A DNA stretch of 64,000 nucleotides from Terriglobia bacterium (GCA_963807055.1 CAWEAE010000005.1:101311-165310), one strand, 5' to 3'. Counted from the stretch's first letter, positions 8,150 to 17,074 are shown. Notes: generated by a model not told the origin, from the sequence alone. A program made the numbers and translations.

Positions 8150-10642
8150 TCATTGGTTAGCCATAAGGGCTTTCGCTTCTGCGTCCAGTAGGCGTTTTCT
8201 TTCCTCTTCTGTCAGTTTCTGCGGCTCCAGAGTGACAGCGACCTTCTTTAGAGTTCCAGTGAATTGATATGGCATCTTCTCAACGTAACTTTCGACAACG
8301 GGAGTTCCGGTATCTTCTCCGACATCAAACGTCTCATCCAGTGAAAATCGCGCAGGCAAGGTCTGTGGTATCTGAACCTCCGCCACCTGCTTTTCATCCA
8401 CAAATAGCACTGCCGTGGCAGCCTTTCCAACGCCGCCACCAGCGTACTTGAAGGCAACACGCACTACGTGATTGCCGGGTGAGAGCGGCTGATCAGAGGC
8501 AGCGAGAAATTTGTGTTGTGGTTGGTTCGACAGCGCGTATGCAAAGCGCGGTTTTCCATCGTCTAACCACAGCGCCCATCCACCGAAGCGTCCTCCGATG
8601 GTCGCAAGAATACCGCTCGCACCGCCCTGCGGTATCTTGACTTCCGCCGCCGCGGTCCACGACTTGTTCTTGAAGTCTGGTGCTGAACCCTCTGGGATGC
8701 GCACCATGCCCGGATAGTAGACAAATTCGGTCCGTCCACGACTCAAACTCGGACGAATGGAGGCGTCGAATCGCGGCGTGAAAGACGAGTCGAGCGGATA
8801 GACATTGTATTTCTTGGCCTCAACCTCGAACACCGCCTGCAGTTCCTTTAGCTTGTCAGGATTCGTTTGGGCGAGATCGTGGGCTTGGCTGAAATCCTCG
8901 TTGATGTTGTACAGCTCCCACTTGAAATCATCGGGATTGACCTCGGCGCTTGTCATCCAAGGCAGACGCAATGGAGTTGTACTCGCCATCCACCCGTCCT
9001 TGTAAATCGCCCGGTTTCCAACAAGCTCGAAATATTGAATTGGGTGACGGGTGGGAGCGTTGGGCTGATCGAAAGTATAAACGAGGCTTACACCCTCGAT
9101 AGGTTTCTGCTTAACGCCATCCATAATATCCGGCGGAGTAATCCCGATCGCCTCGTAGATTGTAGGCACGATGTCGATGACGTGGCTGAACTGTGATCGT
9201 AGGCCGCCCGTGTCTTTTATTCTTGCAGGCCATGAAATCACCAACCCGTTACGCGTTCCTCCAAAGTGCGATGCGACCTGCTTGGTCCATTGCATCGGTG
9301 AGTCCATACCCCATGCCCAGCCGACTGGGTAATGGTTGTACGCCAGCGGTCCACCGAGCTTGTCTATCATGCTCATGAGGAAGGGCAGGCTTTCCGTAAT
9401 ACCTTGATTGACTGTAACCTCATCGGTAGTGCCTTGTAAGGAGCCCTCAGGACTCGCTCCGTTGTCCCCCATGAGGAAAATGATGAGCGTGTTGTCCCGT
9501 TGGCCCGACTGCTCAACTTCATCCAGTATGCGACCGATCTGATTGTCGGCGTATGAGAGTGCGCCCGCGTAGACCTCCATCATGCGCGCATACAGACGCT
9601 TCCGATCCGGCTCAAGCGAATCCCAGGCCGGAATGGAATCGGGTCGCTTAGTAAGCTCGGTATTTGCCGGCACGACGCCCAGCTTCTTTTGACGTGCAAG
9701 CGTTTCTTCTCTTACTTTGTCCCAGCCTTGATCGAACTGTCCTTTATATTTTTCAATCCATTCCCTGGGAGCATGATGGGGAGCATGTGCCGATCCTGTC
9801 ACGTAGTAAACAAACCATGGCTTGTTTGGAGCCAAGGCATGTTGCAGCCGGATACGCTTGATCGCTTGGTCAGCAAGGTCATGATCGAGAATGTAGTCGG
9901 GTTTTCCGAAATAGGGTTCGATCGGTGTTGTGTTCTCAAATAGGGCGGGATGCCACTGATCGCTGTCGCCGCCGATGAAGCCATAAAAATATTCAAATCC
10001 CAGTCCTATCGGCCAAAGATCAAATGGCCCATCCTGACTCGACATCCAGTCCGGCACGTTATGCATTTTGCCGAACCAGAATGTGTTATAGCCGTTTTCC
10101 TTTAGCACTTCGCCAACTGAACCAGCACTCTTCGGAACAAGCGAGTCGTAACCGGGATACCCGGTCGCCATCTCCGTAATTACGCCACTCGCGACGCTGT
10201 GATGATTGCGTCCAGTGATAAGGGCCGCACGTGTGGGCGAGCACAGTGCGGTTGTATGGAACATGTTGTAGCGCAGCCCACTATCAGCCAACCGTTGAAA
10301 GTTTGGCGTCTGAATTGGTCCACCAAACGTACTACTTGCCCCGAAGCCAACATCGTCTGTCATGATCAACAGAATGTTCGGGGCACCCTTCGGGGGCTCG
10401 ACACCCTTGGGAAAATCTGGCGTGGAGTCCTTCGCGGTGCGACCGATCTTTCCTTGAAAAGGAGGCGCAGGCTTCGGCAGAACTTCCTGGCTTAGCAGCG
10501 AGGGCGCGATTACTAAGGCTACAAGCACGACCGAGCAGAACAACGAAACATTATCGTGAGATTTTGTGCGCCGTTTTCCTTTGAGAGCTGACTGCGGTCG
10601 AAGGCCAGAACACCAAGAGAAGGGCCCATGTGTGTTGCTCAT
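8150..10642 (-). CDS. arylsulfatase (formylglycine-dependent sulfatase family), exported
   Basis: ILLIMTDDVGFGASSTFGG...HTTALCSPTRAALITGRNHH contains the C-x-P-x-R formylglycine motif. There is an N-terminal hydrophobic signal or anchor segment. Length is 830 aa. Confidence 0.9.
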   Translation of the reverse strand: MSNTHGPFSWCSGLRPQSALKGKRRTKSHDNVSLFCSVVLVALVIAPSLLSQEVLPKPAPPFQGKIGRTAKDSTPDFPKGVEPPKGAPNILLIMTDDVGFGASSTFGGPIQTPNFQRLADSGLRYNMFHTTALCSPTRAALITGRNHHSVASGVITEMATGYPGYDSLVPKSAGSVGEVLKENGYNTFWFGKMHNVPDWMSSQDGPFDLWPIGLGFEYFYGFIGGDSDQWHPALFENTTPIEPYFGKPDYILDHDLADQAIKRIRLQHALAPNKPWFVYYVTGSAHAPHHAPREWIEKYKGQFDQGWDKVREETLARQKKLGVVPANTELTKRPDSIPAWDSLEPDRKRLYARMMEVYAGALSYADNQIGRILDEVEQSGQRDNTLIIFLMGDNGASPEGSLQGTTDEVTVNQGITESLPFLMSMIDKLGGPLAYNHYPVGWAWGMDSPMQWTKQVASHFGGTRNGLVISWPARIKDTGGLRSQFSHVIDIVPTIYEAIGITPPDIMDGVKQKPIEGVSLVYTFDQPNAPTRHPIQYFELVGNRAIYKDGWMASTTPLRLPWMTSAEVNPDDFKWELYNINEDFSQAHDLAQTNPDKLKELQAVFEVEAKKYNVYPLDSSFTPRFDASIRPSLSRGRTEFVYYPGMVRIPEGSAPDFKNKSWTAAAEVKIPQGGASGILATIGGRFGGWALWLDDGKPRFAYALSNQPQHKFLAASDQPLSPGNHVVRVAFKYAGGGVGKAATAVLFVDEKQVAEVQIPQTLPARFSLDETFDVGEDTGTPVVESYVEKMPYQFTGTLKKVAVTLEPQKLTEEERKRLLDAEAKALMANQ

Positions 10643-11086
10643 GGCGACTCCTTTTGTGACTCAGGTGCGAACGGAATCGTCGAGGTTGGCCGCTGATTCA
10701 CCACGCGAGCACGAAATGCCTATGGATGGCGATCTCTTAACTTGAAGTCCGCAACTATTAGTTGTTCTAGTTGGCAGCAGTCTTTGCGTTAAGTACGCTC
10801 CGTTTTTTCCAAGGGTGACGCTACTAAGCTTGACTGCCTTCAGATACCAACCACACGGAGATGCCGGTGAACCTGAGAATTGTTGTCCGATCGCTCACTC
10901 TGCTTGCTATCGCAATCATGGTCACGAACGGGAGCAGCACCGCACAAGAGCAAGCAAAAAGCCATAGATTCGGTACTGACACCGAATGCTGGTCATGCGA
11001 TTTTCCAAGACAGTCCGAATAGCGATGCGTCACGACGAGATAACTGTCGCGCACGGAGATTATCACTCACAATCCGGTTGCGAGTA

Positions 11087-11178
11087 ATGACCGGATTTCG
11101 CGTGGCTTCCGTCTCGCTCCGAGCGGCGCGCGCAAACGGCATGGACTGCCCCACTCAAGCCAAAAGAAGGCTTCAATG
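11087..11178 (+). repeat. repeat family 2, copy A
   Basis: ATGACCGGATTTCGCGTGGCTTCCGTCTCGCTCCGAGCGGCGCG-CGCAAACGGCATGGACTGCCCCACTCAAGCCAAAAGAAGGCTTCAATG aligns with copy B at 11982. Confidence 0.6.
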
Positions 11179-11222
11179 GCCACCGCCGGCTGTGTCGTTT
11201 CGTCACTTCTTCGTCAGGTGGA

Positions 11223-11894
11223 TTAGCGTCGGCGAGGGAGTCCCCTTGCCGAGCTCTCGGACCCAGGTGGTTCACGGAATGATTCCACAGAAATGCGCTC
11301 GTAACACACTTCCAGCACGGTCAGGTATTCTGTACCGCCCGGCGCTTGGAGAACTACGCTGTCGCCCGCTGCCGACTTCATCAACGCGCGCGCTAGAGGT
11401 GACATCCAACTGATGTGGTTGCGGTTGAGATCGACTTCGTCGACGCCCACGATACTCACCACTCGCTCGGCTCCCGCGGCATTGGCGTAGCGCACGGTCG
11501 CTCCGAAGAATGCCTTCCTCTGCTGCTGCGCCGCTCTCGAGCCTTCCGGGTCGACTACTTCCGCGGCTTCGATTCGCTGCGTAAGAAAGCGAATCCGCCC
11601 ATCAATCTGCCGCAGTCGCCGCTTGCCGTACTGATAGTCGGCGTTTTCACTGCGATCGCCGTTGCTGGCAGCCCACGCCACCACCTCCACAACGGCCGGG
11701 CGTTCCCTGGTGAGCAGAAACTGGTGCTCATCTTTGAGGCGCTGCAGACCGCTCGGCGTTATGTAGTTCTTGCCGCGCGTCGCGGGCTCGTCCGCTTGTG
11801 GTTTTCTCGTAAACCCTTTTCGCATCTCGTGGTTGTTCCCAGTGGGTACCGAATTCAAGGCGGATGCACCCCGATAGAAAACACTGGAGGTCAT
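11223..11894 (-). CDS. greB: transcription elongation factor GreB (GreA/GreB family); N-terminal extension or later start (ATG 11825) possible
   Basis: YITPSGLQRLKDEHQFLLTRERPAVVEVVAWAASNGDRSENADYQYGKRRLRQIDGRIRFL...ISWMSPLARALM matches the GreB coiled-coil and C-terminal domain signatures. Confidence 0.85.
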   Translation of the reverse strand: MTSSVFYRGASALNSVPTGNNHEMRKGFTRKPQADEPATRGKNYITPSGLQRLKDEHQFLLTRERPAVVEVVAWAASNGDRSENADYQYGKRRLRQIDGRIRFLTQRIEAAEVVDPEGSRAAQQQRKAFFGATVRYANAAGAERVVSIVGVDEVDLNRNHISWMSPLARALMKSAAGDSVVLQAPGGTEYLTVLEVCYERISVESFREPPGSESSARGLPRRR

Positions 11895-11981
11895 CGGCTT
11901 TCACCGAAGTCAATCTGCGGCCCTAACCGATCTTTTCACATCTTTCAGTCTCTAGCGATCTATCCATCATTTCGGACAGGT

Positions 11982-12092
11982 ATGACCAGAATTCGCATGG
12001 CTTCTGTTTCGTCGCGAGCGGCGCGGTATTTTCGCATATCCTGGCGCAAACGACATAGACTGCCTCGCTCAAGCCAACTGAAGGCTTGAATG
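11982..12092 (+). repeat. repeat family 2, copy B (carries a ~23-bp insertion relative to copy A)
   Basis: ATGACCAGAATTCGCATGGCTTCTGTTTCGTCGCGAGCGGCGCGG[tattttcgcatatcctgg]CGCAAACGACATAGACTGCCTCGCTCAAGCCAACTGAAGGCTTGAATG, in the same orientation as copy A. Confidence 0.6.
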
Positions 12093-12277
12093 CGTCACCC
12101 TCAAATACATAGATGGATTCGCTGCGCTCACCATGACTTCTGACCGGGGGAAGCTTCCGATCTGGCCCTACCAAAAGAAGGAAAGGACCGGGCGCCCGTT
12201 GTCACAGGCCGGCGTGACTTTTCCGCCCTGATTCCGGGGCATCTCTGCTATACAATCGGCTGGCCTTTATATTCCAA

Positions 12278-12302
12278 GAACTTCCGTGCGCAGGCTTGCG
12301 TA
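12278..12302 (+). promoter_or_regulatory. candidate ECF-type (autoregulated) promoter GAACTT-N15-CGTA
   Basis: GAACTT at 12278-12283 and CGTA at 12299-12302 resemble the AAC / CGT boxes of ECF promoters, just upstream of the sigma factor gene. If this promoter is real, the sigma start is more likely the GTG at 12366 (AGGGAG upstream) than 12312. Confidence 0.3.
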
Positions 12303-12311
12303 TGTCCTAAC

Positions 12312-12965
12312 TTGGCAAGCGTAGCGCTGGAACGGCAATTCGGCATTAGCCCAAGGGAGCCTCGGGTGGACGACGCCCAAGTGGTAGCAGCACTGGTCCG
12401 CCGGTGTGTCGCGGGAGACGCGACTGCCTGGGAGGACATTGTTCGCCGCCTGAATCGTCGTATCTACAATATCTGCTATCGGTTTACGGGCTCCGGCGAC
12501 GACGCCCAGGATCTTACCCAGGAAGTTTTTATCAAGGTCTACCGGACTCTTGGCAGCTTCGACGTCGACAAAGGGTCCTTCATGACGTGGGTCACGACCG
12601 TCACCCGCAACCTCCTCGTCGATCATTTCCGTAAGACAAAACAGGACCGGGTCACTGATTCGCTGGACAATTCAGGCTCCGAAGACGAGGATATGCTGCC
12701 ATTAAGCGAACAAATAGCGGATAGCGGTCCTGCACCCGATGTGCGGGTGCATCGGCGCGAAACCCAGGAGATGGTGCAACGGGCCCTCCAGAAGCTCTCT
12801 CCAGAGCTTAGAGAAGCAGTGATTCTAAGGGACTTACAGGATATGGACTATAAAGACATCGCCCTCGCGCTGAAGGTTCCTGAGGGCACCGTAAAGTCGC
12901 GCATTAACCGCGGTCGTGTGGAACTTGCACGACTACTTTCACGTACCTATAGGCAGGTGATGTGA
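12312..12965 (+). CDS. ECF (sigma-70 family, group 4) RNA polymerase sigma factor
   Basis: Region 2 (AWEDIVRRLNRRIYNICYRFTGSGDDAQDLTQEVFIKVYRTLGSF..SFMTWVTTVTRNLLVDHFRK) and region 4 (LSPELREAVILRDLQDMDYKDIALALKVPEGTVKSRINRGRVEL). Confidence 0.9.
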   Translation: MASVALERQFGISPREPRVDDAQVVAALVRRCVAGDATAWEDIVRRLNRRIYNICYRFTGSGDDAQDLTQEVFIKVYRTLGSFDVDKGSFMTWVTTVTRNLLVDHFRKTKQDRVTDSLDNSGSEDEDMLPLSEQIADSGPAPDVRVHRRETQEMVQRALQKLSPELREAVILRDLQDMDYKDIALALKVPEGTVKSRINRGRVELARLLSRTYRQVM

Positions 12966-13708
12966 TGCAAGGCGAGTTCCAAAACGGGTTCAAGTGCGCA
13001 GATTTTGACGCACTGCTGACAGAGGCCATCGACGGCGCTCTGACGGGAACGCAGATGATGCGTTTCGAAGCCCATCGCGAGTCTTGTGCCCAGTGCAGTG
13101 TGCTCTTCGCCGAAGCCAAGGCGGGACACGATTGGCTGGAAACATTGCCCGACATGGAGCCTCCCGTCAACCTCGTCAAACTGATCCTGGCGGCAACGCA
13201 GGAAACAGTTCGCGCGGAAACCGACGCGCGTCATGCTCGCCAAAGCTGGCCGGAGCGAATGCGCGAATTACTTGCGCTCAAAGTGCGCCCGGTATTTGCC
13301 TCCGTCGCGCAACCACGCTTTGCAATGTCATTTGGCATGGCATTCTTTTCCGTGACCCTGATGTTAAACGTCACCGGATTTAGACTCACCAATTTGCGGC
13401 ATGTAGACCTTCGGCCATCGAGCGTGGTCCGCAGCTATTACGAAACCACAGGAAGATTAGTGAAGTATTACCAGAATATTCGCTTTGTATACGAGATCGA
13501 AACCAGGGTCCGCGAACTGAAACGCGCTGCTACTCCGGAGGAGAAACCTTCCGGCTCCGATAAACAACAAGAGCGCAAAGAGCAGAATCGAGGCAACGAT
13601 CGCGAAAAAAATTATCAGAACTACAGCCGTGAGGACTCTACACCGTACCTGGCCCAGATGAGCAACGGAGTACAGGACGAATTCATCGCTGTGAGGAGAT
13701 GCTCATGA
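12962..13708 (+). CDS. anti-sigma factor (zf-HC2-like N-terminus, one transmembrane helix)
   Basis: C..FDALLTEAIDGAL......FEAHRESCAQCS is the H-x3-C-x2-C zinc motif. One TM segment (FAMSFGMAFFSVTLMLNVTGF). The start overlaps the sigma stop (GTGATGTGATG region; an ATG at 12965 is also possible). Confidence 0.75.
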   Translation: MMQGEFQNGFKCADFDALLTEAIDGALTGTQMMRFEAHRESCAQCSVLFAEAKAGHDWLETLPDMEPPVNLVKLILAATQETVRAETDARHARQSWPERMRELLALKVRPVFASVAQPRFAMSFGMAFFSVTLMLNVTGFRLTNLRHVDLRPSSVVRSYYETTGRLVKYYQNIRFVYEIETRVRELKRAATPEEKPSGSDKQQERKEQNRGNDREKNYQNYSREDSTPYLAQMSNGVQDEFIAVRRCS

Positions 13709-14586
13709 ACTGCACAGTACATCCCGAGAGTGCAGCAATTTCTTATTGCCGAACTTGCGGCAAGCCCATGTGCGAAACCTGCCGGCGCAACGTACGTGGA
13801 ACCTACTATTGCGAAGAATGCATTGCCAACCGCTTGCAGGATGCAATGCCGCCGGCCGGTGCGCCCGCGCCGATTCCTCCCATGACGCCGAGTAGCCACG
13901 CGCCTAGTCCGGGTCTCGCGGCCGTCCTTGGATTTATCCCCGGTGTTGGTGCGATGTACAACGGGCAGTTCGCCAAGGCGCTGATTCACGTGCTGGTCTT
14001 CGTGAGCATCATCTGGATCACCGCGAACGGTTCCGGATTCTTTGGGATTTTTATCCCGTTCTTCGTCTTCTACATGGTGTTCGACGCCTACAAAACGGCG
14101 CGCGCACGTGAACTGGGATTGCCCCTGCCCGATCCATTTGGATTGGAAGGTTTGTTCGGCGGCGGCGCCCCTCCCCATCCCCCGATGCCGCCTATGCCTC
14201 CGGTCGCTCCGCCTCCAGCAGGCGTGCCCGGCACGGGAGAATCTGGTAATCCCAATGTCGCGGGATTTGTGCCAGGAAGTCCTGCGGCCTCGGGCCAGAC
14301 TGCCGAGCAGTATTGGCAGAACTATCCCCAGAATCTTGGGAATCAGATTCGCGGCGATGTTTATGCAGACATGCAGCAACGCGACATAGCTGCGCGGCGG
14401 AGCAATGCGGCCCCCATTGGCGCGGTGATCCTGATCGCGCTTGGCGCTCTGTTCCTGCTCGACAACATCGGCCTCTGGCACTTCAATTTCGATCGCTTCT
14501 GGCCTTTGATTCTGATTGCGATTGGTATCTGGCTGCTGATCCGTCGTTTGGGACTGCTTGAGTCACACGGAAAGGAACAGCGGTAA
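13705..14586 (+). CDS. B-box-type zinc-finger membrane protein with a C-terminal LiaF/DUF5668-like two-helix module
   Basis: MNCTVHPESAAISYCRTCGKPMCETCRRNVRGTYYCEECI (Cys/His-rich), then multiple TM helices, a P/G-rich linker and a C-terminal GAVILIALGALFLLDN...FWPLILIAIGIWLLI. The ATG at 13705 forms an ATGA overlap with the anti-sigma stop and has GAGGAG 6 nt upstream. Confidence 0.75.
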   Translation: MNCTVHPESAAISYCRTCGKPMCETCRRNVRGTYYCEECIANRLQDAMPPAGAPAPIPPMTPSSHAPSPGLAAVLGFIPGVGAMYNGQFAKALIHVLVFVSIIWITANGSGFFGIFIPFFVFYMVFDAYKTARARELGLPLPDPFGLEGLFGGGAPPHPPMPPMPPVAPPPAGVPGTGESGNPNVAGFVPGSPAASGQTAEQYWQNYPQNLGNQIRGDVYADMQQRDIAARRSNAAPIGAVILIALGALFLLDNIGLWHFNFDRFWPLILIAIGIWLLIRRLGLLESHGKEQR

Positions 14587-14596
14587 GGAGGGCTCC

Positions 14597-14899
14597 ATGC
14601 AAAACTATGTTTCCAATCGCTATTGTCAGTGCGCGAGATGCCGGCTGAATGGCGTGATGGGCCCGGTGATCTTGATTACCCTCGGCGTGCTTATTCTTCT
14701 GAGTCAAACCGGGATGGCCGAGTTCAATCGTACCTGGCCGGTGATTCTCATCGTAATCGGCGCAATCAAGATCTTGCAGTCGAGCGCGTCTACCGACGGT
14801 CACATCACGCAAGCGTTGCCTGGCCCACCGCTGCCTCCTGCGAGTGGCTCTGCTCCGCAAGGCCCGAAGGACAATTCAGGGCAGGTGCAAAATGTCTGA
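14597..14899 (+). CDS. small membrane protein consisting of a Cys cluster plus the same two-helix module
   Basis: The ATG at 14597 has AAGGAGG upstream. YCQCARCRLNGVMGPVILITLGVLILLSQTG...TWPVILIVIGAIKIL. Confidence 0.65.
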   Translation: MQNYVSNRYCQCARCRLNGVMGPVILITLGVLILLSQTGMAEFNRTWPVILIVIGAIKILQSSASTDGHITQALPGPPLPPASGSAPQGPKDNSGQVQNV

Positions 14900-16271
14900 C
14901 GAAATGTACGTACGGCGCAGATCCCTGGGCGGTCCAGTCATCCTCATCCTCATCGGCATAATCATTCTGCTGGTGAAAACGCGGGCGCTGAGTGGAGCGG
15001 TGGTGGCGCACTGGTTCGCGCACTACTGGCCCGTGCTGCTCATCGCGATCGGAATCATCAAGCTGGTTGAGTACTACATCGAAAAAGAACGCGGCGGCGC
15101 GGCGCGCGGCATCGGCGCCGGCATGATAGTCCTTGTTGTGCTCTTGATTGTCTTCGGACTGATGGCCTCTTCGGCCGAGCGCGTGAACTGGTCTGCTCTC
15201 GGTGGCGAGCTGAATTTACCCGACGATGGCGACTTCATGTCCGGCATGTTCGGCAGCACCTACTCCTACAATCAGACCGTACAACAGGCTTTTCCCAAAG
15301 ATGCTTCCTTGCGCATCGTGTCGGATCGCGGCGACATCACGATCACCAGTTGGGACGAGCCGACCATCAAGGTTGAAGTCAATAAGAAAGTCCGCGCGAA
15401 AGATCAGAACGAAGCCAATAAGATCGATGAAAGCACGCGCCCTACCATTAACGTAGAAGGAAATCTTCTGACCTTGAACGCTAACACGTCGGGTGGAGGA
15501 TCTGGCGCTGCCGAATCTGATCTGAACGTTTTCGTTCCAGCTAATGGCGCCGTTGATGTTTCTACTCGGCGCGGCGGCATCACCGTCCAGAGCCGTACGG
15601 GTGACGTTCACCTCTCAACGTCTCATGGGGATATCACCGCATCCGAGATCAAAGGCAGCGTAAGTGCCGACCTGCGCAGCGGCTCGATAACCATCGAAAA
15701 AATTACCGGCAGTGTGCAGGTGAACGGAGAAGTGAACGACACGACGATCTCCGATGTGACCGGCGCGGTGCGGCTCACTGGCGAATACTTTGGCGAGATG
15801 AACCTCGCAAAAATCGACGGTGGCGTCATCTTCCATACGTCGCGTACCGACCTTGAACTTGCCAAGCTCGATGGCGATCTGGCGATTGAATCCGGCGATC
15901 TGCATGCTAAAGATGTTGCCGGTCCATTTCGCTTGGTTACGAAGTCCAAGGACATTCACCTTGATGGCGTCACCGGTGACATCAAGCTGGAAAATGAAAA
16001 TGGGCTGGTCGAAATACACGCGGATAAGCTGCCACTCGGCACCATGAGCATCGCCAATAGTAATGGCGACGTGAAGCTCGCTGTTCCATCCAAGGCGCAA
16101 TTCGAATTCGAGGCGCGCGCACAGAACGGCGAGATTAGTACCGATTTCGACGGCATCAAGGTTCAAACAAATGGCGACAATAGCCAGGCGAGCGGCGCAA
16201 ATGGGAGCGGCGGTTCCAAAGTACATGTTTCCAACGAACACGGAAATGTTGACATTCGCAAAGCGACTTAG
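14892..16271 (+). CDS. DUF4097 (LiaF / putative-adhesin-like beta-repeat) protein with an N-terminal two-helix membrane module
   Basis: The ATG at 14892 overlaps the upstream stop (ATGTCTGA). N-terminus GGPVILILIGIIILLVK...YWPVLLIAIGIIKLVEY. The C-terminal part has repeated GDITI/GSITI/GDVKL short beta-strand repeats typical of DUF4097. Confidence 0.8.
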   Translation: MSDEMYVRRRSLGGPVILILIGIIILLVKTRALSGAVVAHWFAHYWPVLLIAIGIIKLVEYYIEKERGGAARGIGAGMIVLVVLLIVFGLMASSAERVNWSALGGELNLPDDGDFMSGMFGSTYSYNQTVQQAFPKDASLRIVSDRGDITITSWDEPTIKVEVNKKVRAKDQNEANKIDESTRPTINVEGNLLTLNANTSGGGSGAAESDLNVFVPANGAVDVSTRRGGITVQSRTGDVHLSTSHGDITASEIKGSVSADLRSGSITIEKITGSVQVNGEVNDTTISDVTGAVRLTGEYFGEMNLAKIDGGVIFHTSRTDLELAKLDGDLAIESGDLHAKDVAGPFRLVTKSKDIHLDGVTGDIKLENENGLVEIHADKLPLGTMSIANSNGDVKLAVPSKAQFEFEARAQNGEISTDFDGIKVQTNGDNSQASGANGSGGSKVHVSNEHGNVDIRKAT

Positions 16272-16295
16272 ATTCTGCTCAAATTCATTTTCCCC

Positions 16296-16329
16296 AAAAA
16301 CCCCCGCTTTGGCGGGGTTTTTCTTTTTT
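16296..16329 (+). terminator. rho-independent terminator of the ECF operon
   Basis: AAAAACCCCCGC-TTTG-GCGGGGTTTTTCTTTTTT: a GC stem at 16302-16307 / 16312-16317 followed by a T-run. Confidence 0.8.
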
Positions 16330-16582
16330 GGGAATTCGCCCAATAATTGTTGCGTTTGTCAACTGTGAATAACTTGTGTAAAAGCCGGTCGCAAGAATTT
16401 TTCAAATTCGATGAAGCTAAGTTTTTCTGCTACCTGCGAAGACAATTGGGGGTAAGATTTGGAAATTATTACCGTGGTCGTTGGCTATTAAAGTAACGTT
16501 CACAAACGGCTGTTAGGCTAGAACAAGCTCGCCATTCTAAAATTTTTAAAGGTTACTCCCGCGGCCTTTGGTAAGGATTCAT

Positions 16583-17029
16583 ATGAAGAGTCCCCGCATT
16601 CTTTCGGTGGATTTCGATCCGGCGGTTTTAAGTAGTCGAAATGCCATTCTGGAACGCGCCGGTTACACGGTCATCTCTGCCCGCAAAACGCAGGAGTTTC
16701 GGGAGCTAATGCAGTGTGAGCGATTCGACCTGGCGCTTCTCGGCACATCGATCTCGATGGCAGAGAAGAAGCTGATTTGCGCGGAAGTAAAGAAAAAGAG
16801 TCCGCAAGTCTGGATCGTCGCTTGCTGCCGGGGCACTGAAGTGATCGAGGCTCTGCGCGAAAAAGACCTCGTCGACGCGGTCGTCGACCCTTTCGACGGC
16901 GGACCTAATGCTCTCATCCAGGCGGTCAACATCCTGCTGCTTTTCCAGCAGTATTGCGATGAAATTAAAACGGTACGAAAGCCGGTCGGATCAGTTCCGT
17001 CGCAGTGGAAGAGGACGCAAGCCTCTTGA
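16583..17029 (+). CDS. stand-alone receiver-like (CheY-fold) protein with atypical active-site residues
   Basis: MKSPRILSVDFDPAVL...FDLALLGTSISM has the receiver layout, but the acidic pair reads DFD and the position normally holding the conserved Lys (K-P) reads VVDPF. It follows a ~300-bp AT-rich upstream region. Confidence 0.65.
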   Translation: MKSPRILSVDFDPAVLSSRNAILERAGYTVISARKTQEFRELMQCERFDLALLGTSISMAEKKLICAEVKKKSPQVWIVACCRGTEVIEALREKDLVDAVVDPFDGGPNALIQAVNILLLFQQYCDEIKTVRKPVGSVPSQWKRTQAS

Positions 17030-17074
17030 TATCCCCACAGATCTGCCCAGGTAGGGCATGCGCTGCACCGTGCA

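Noticed and set aside
10880-11413. 177-aa plus-strand ORF, plus the minus-strand ORFs 11063..11275 and 11923..12174.
   Set aside because: They run through repeat family 2 copies and the antisense of greB. The similar peptides in the two minus-strand ORFs simply reflect the DNA repeat.
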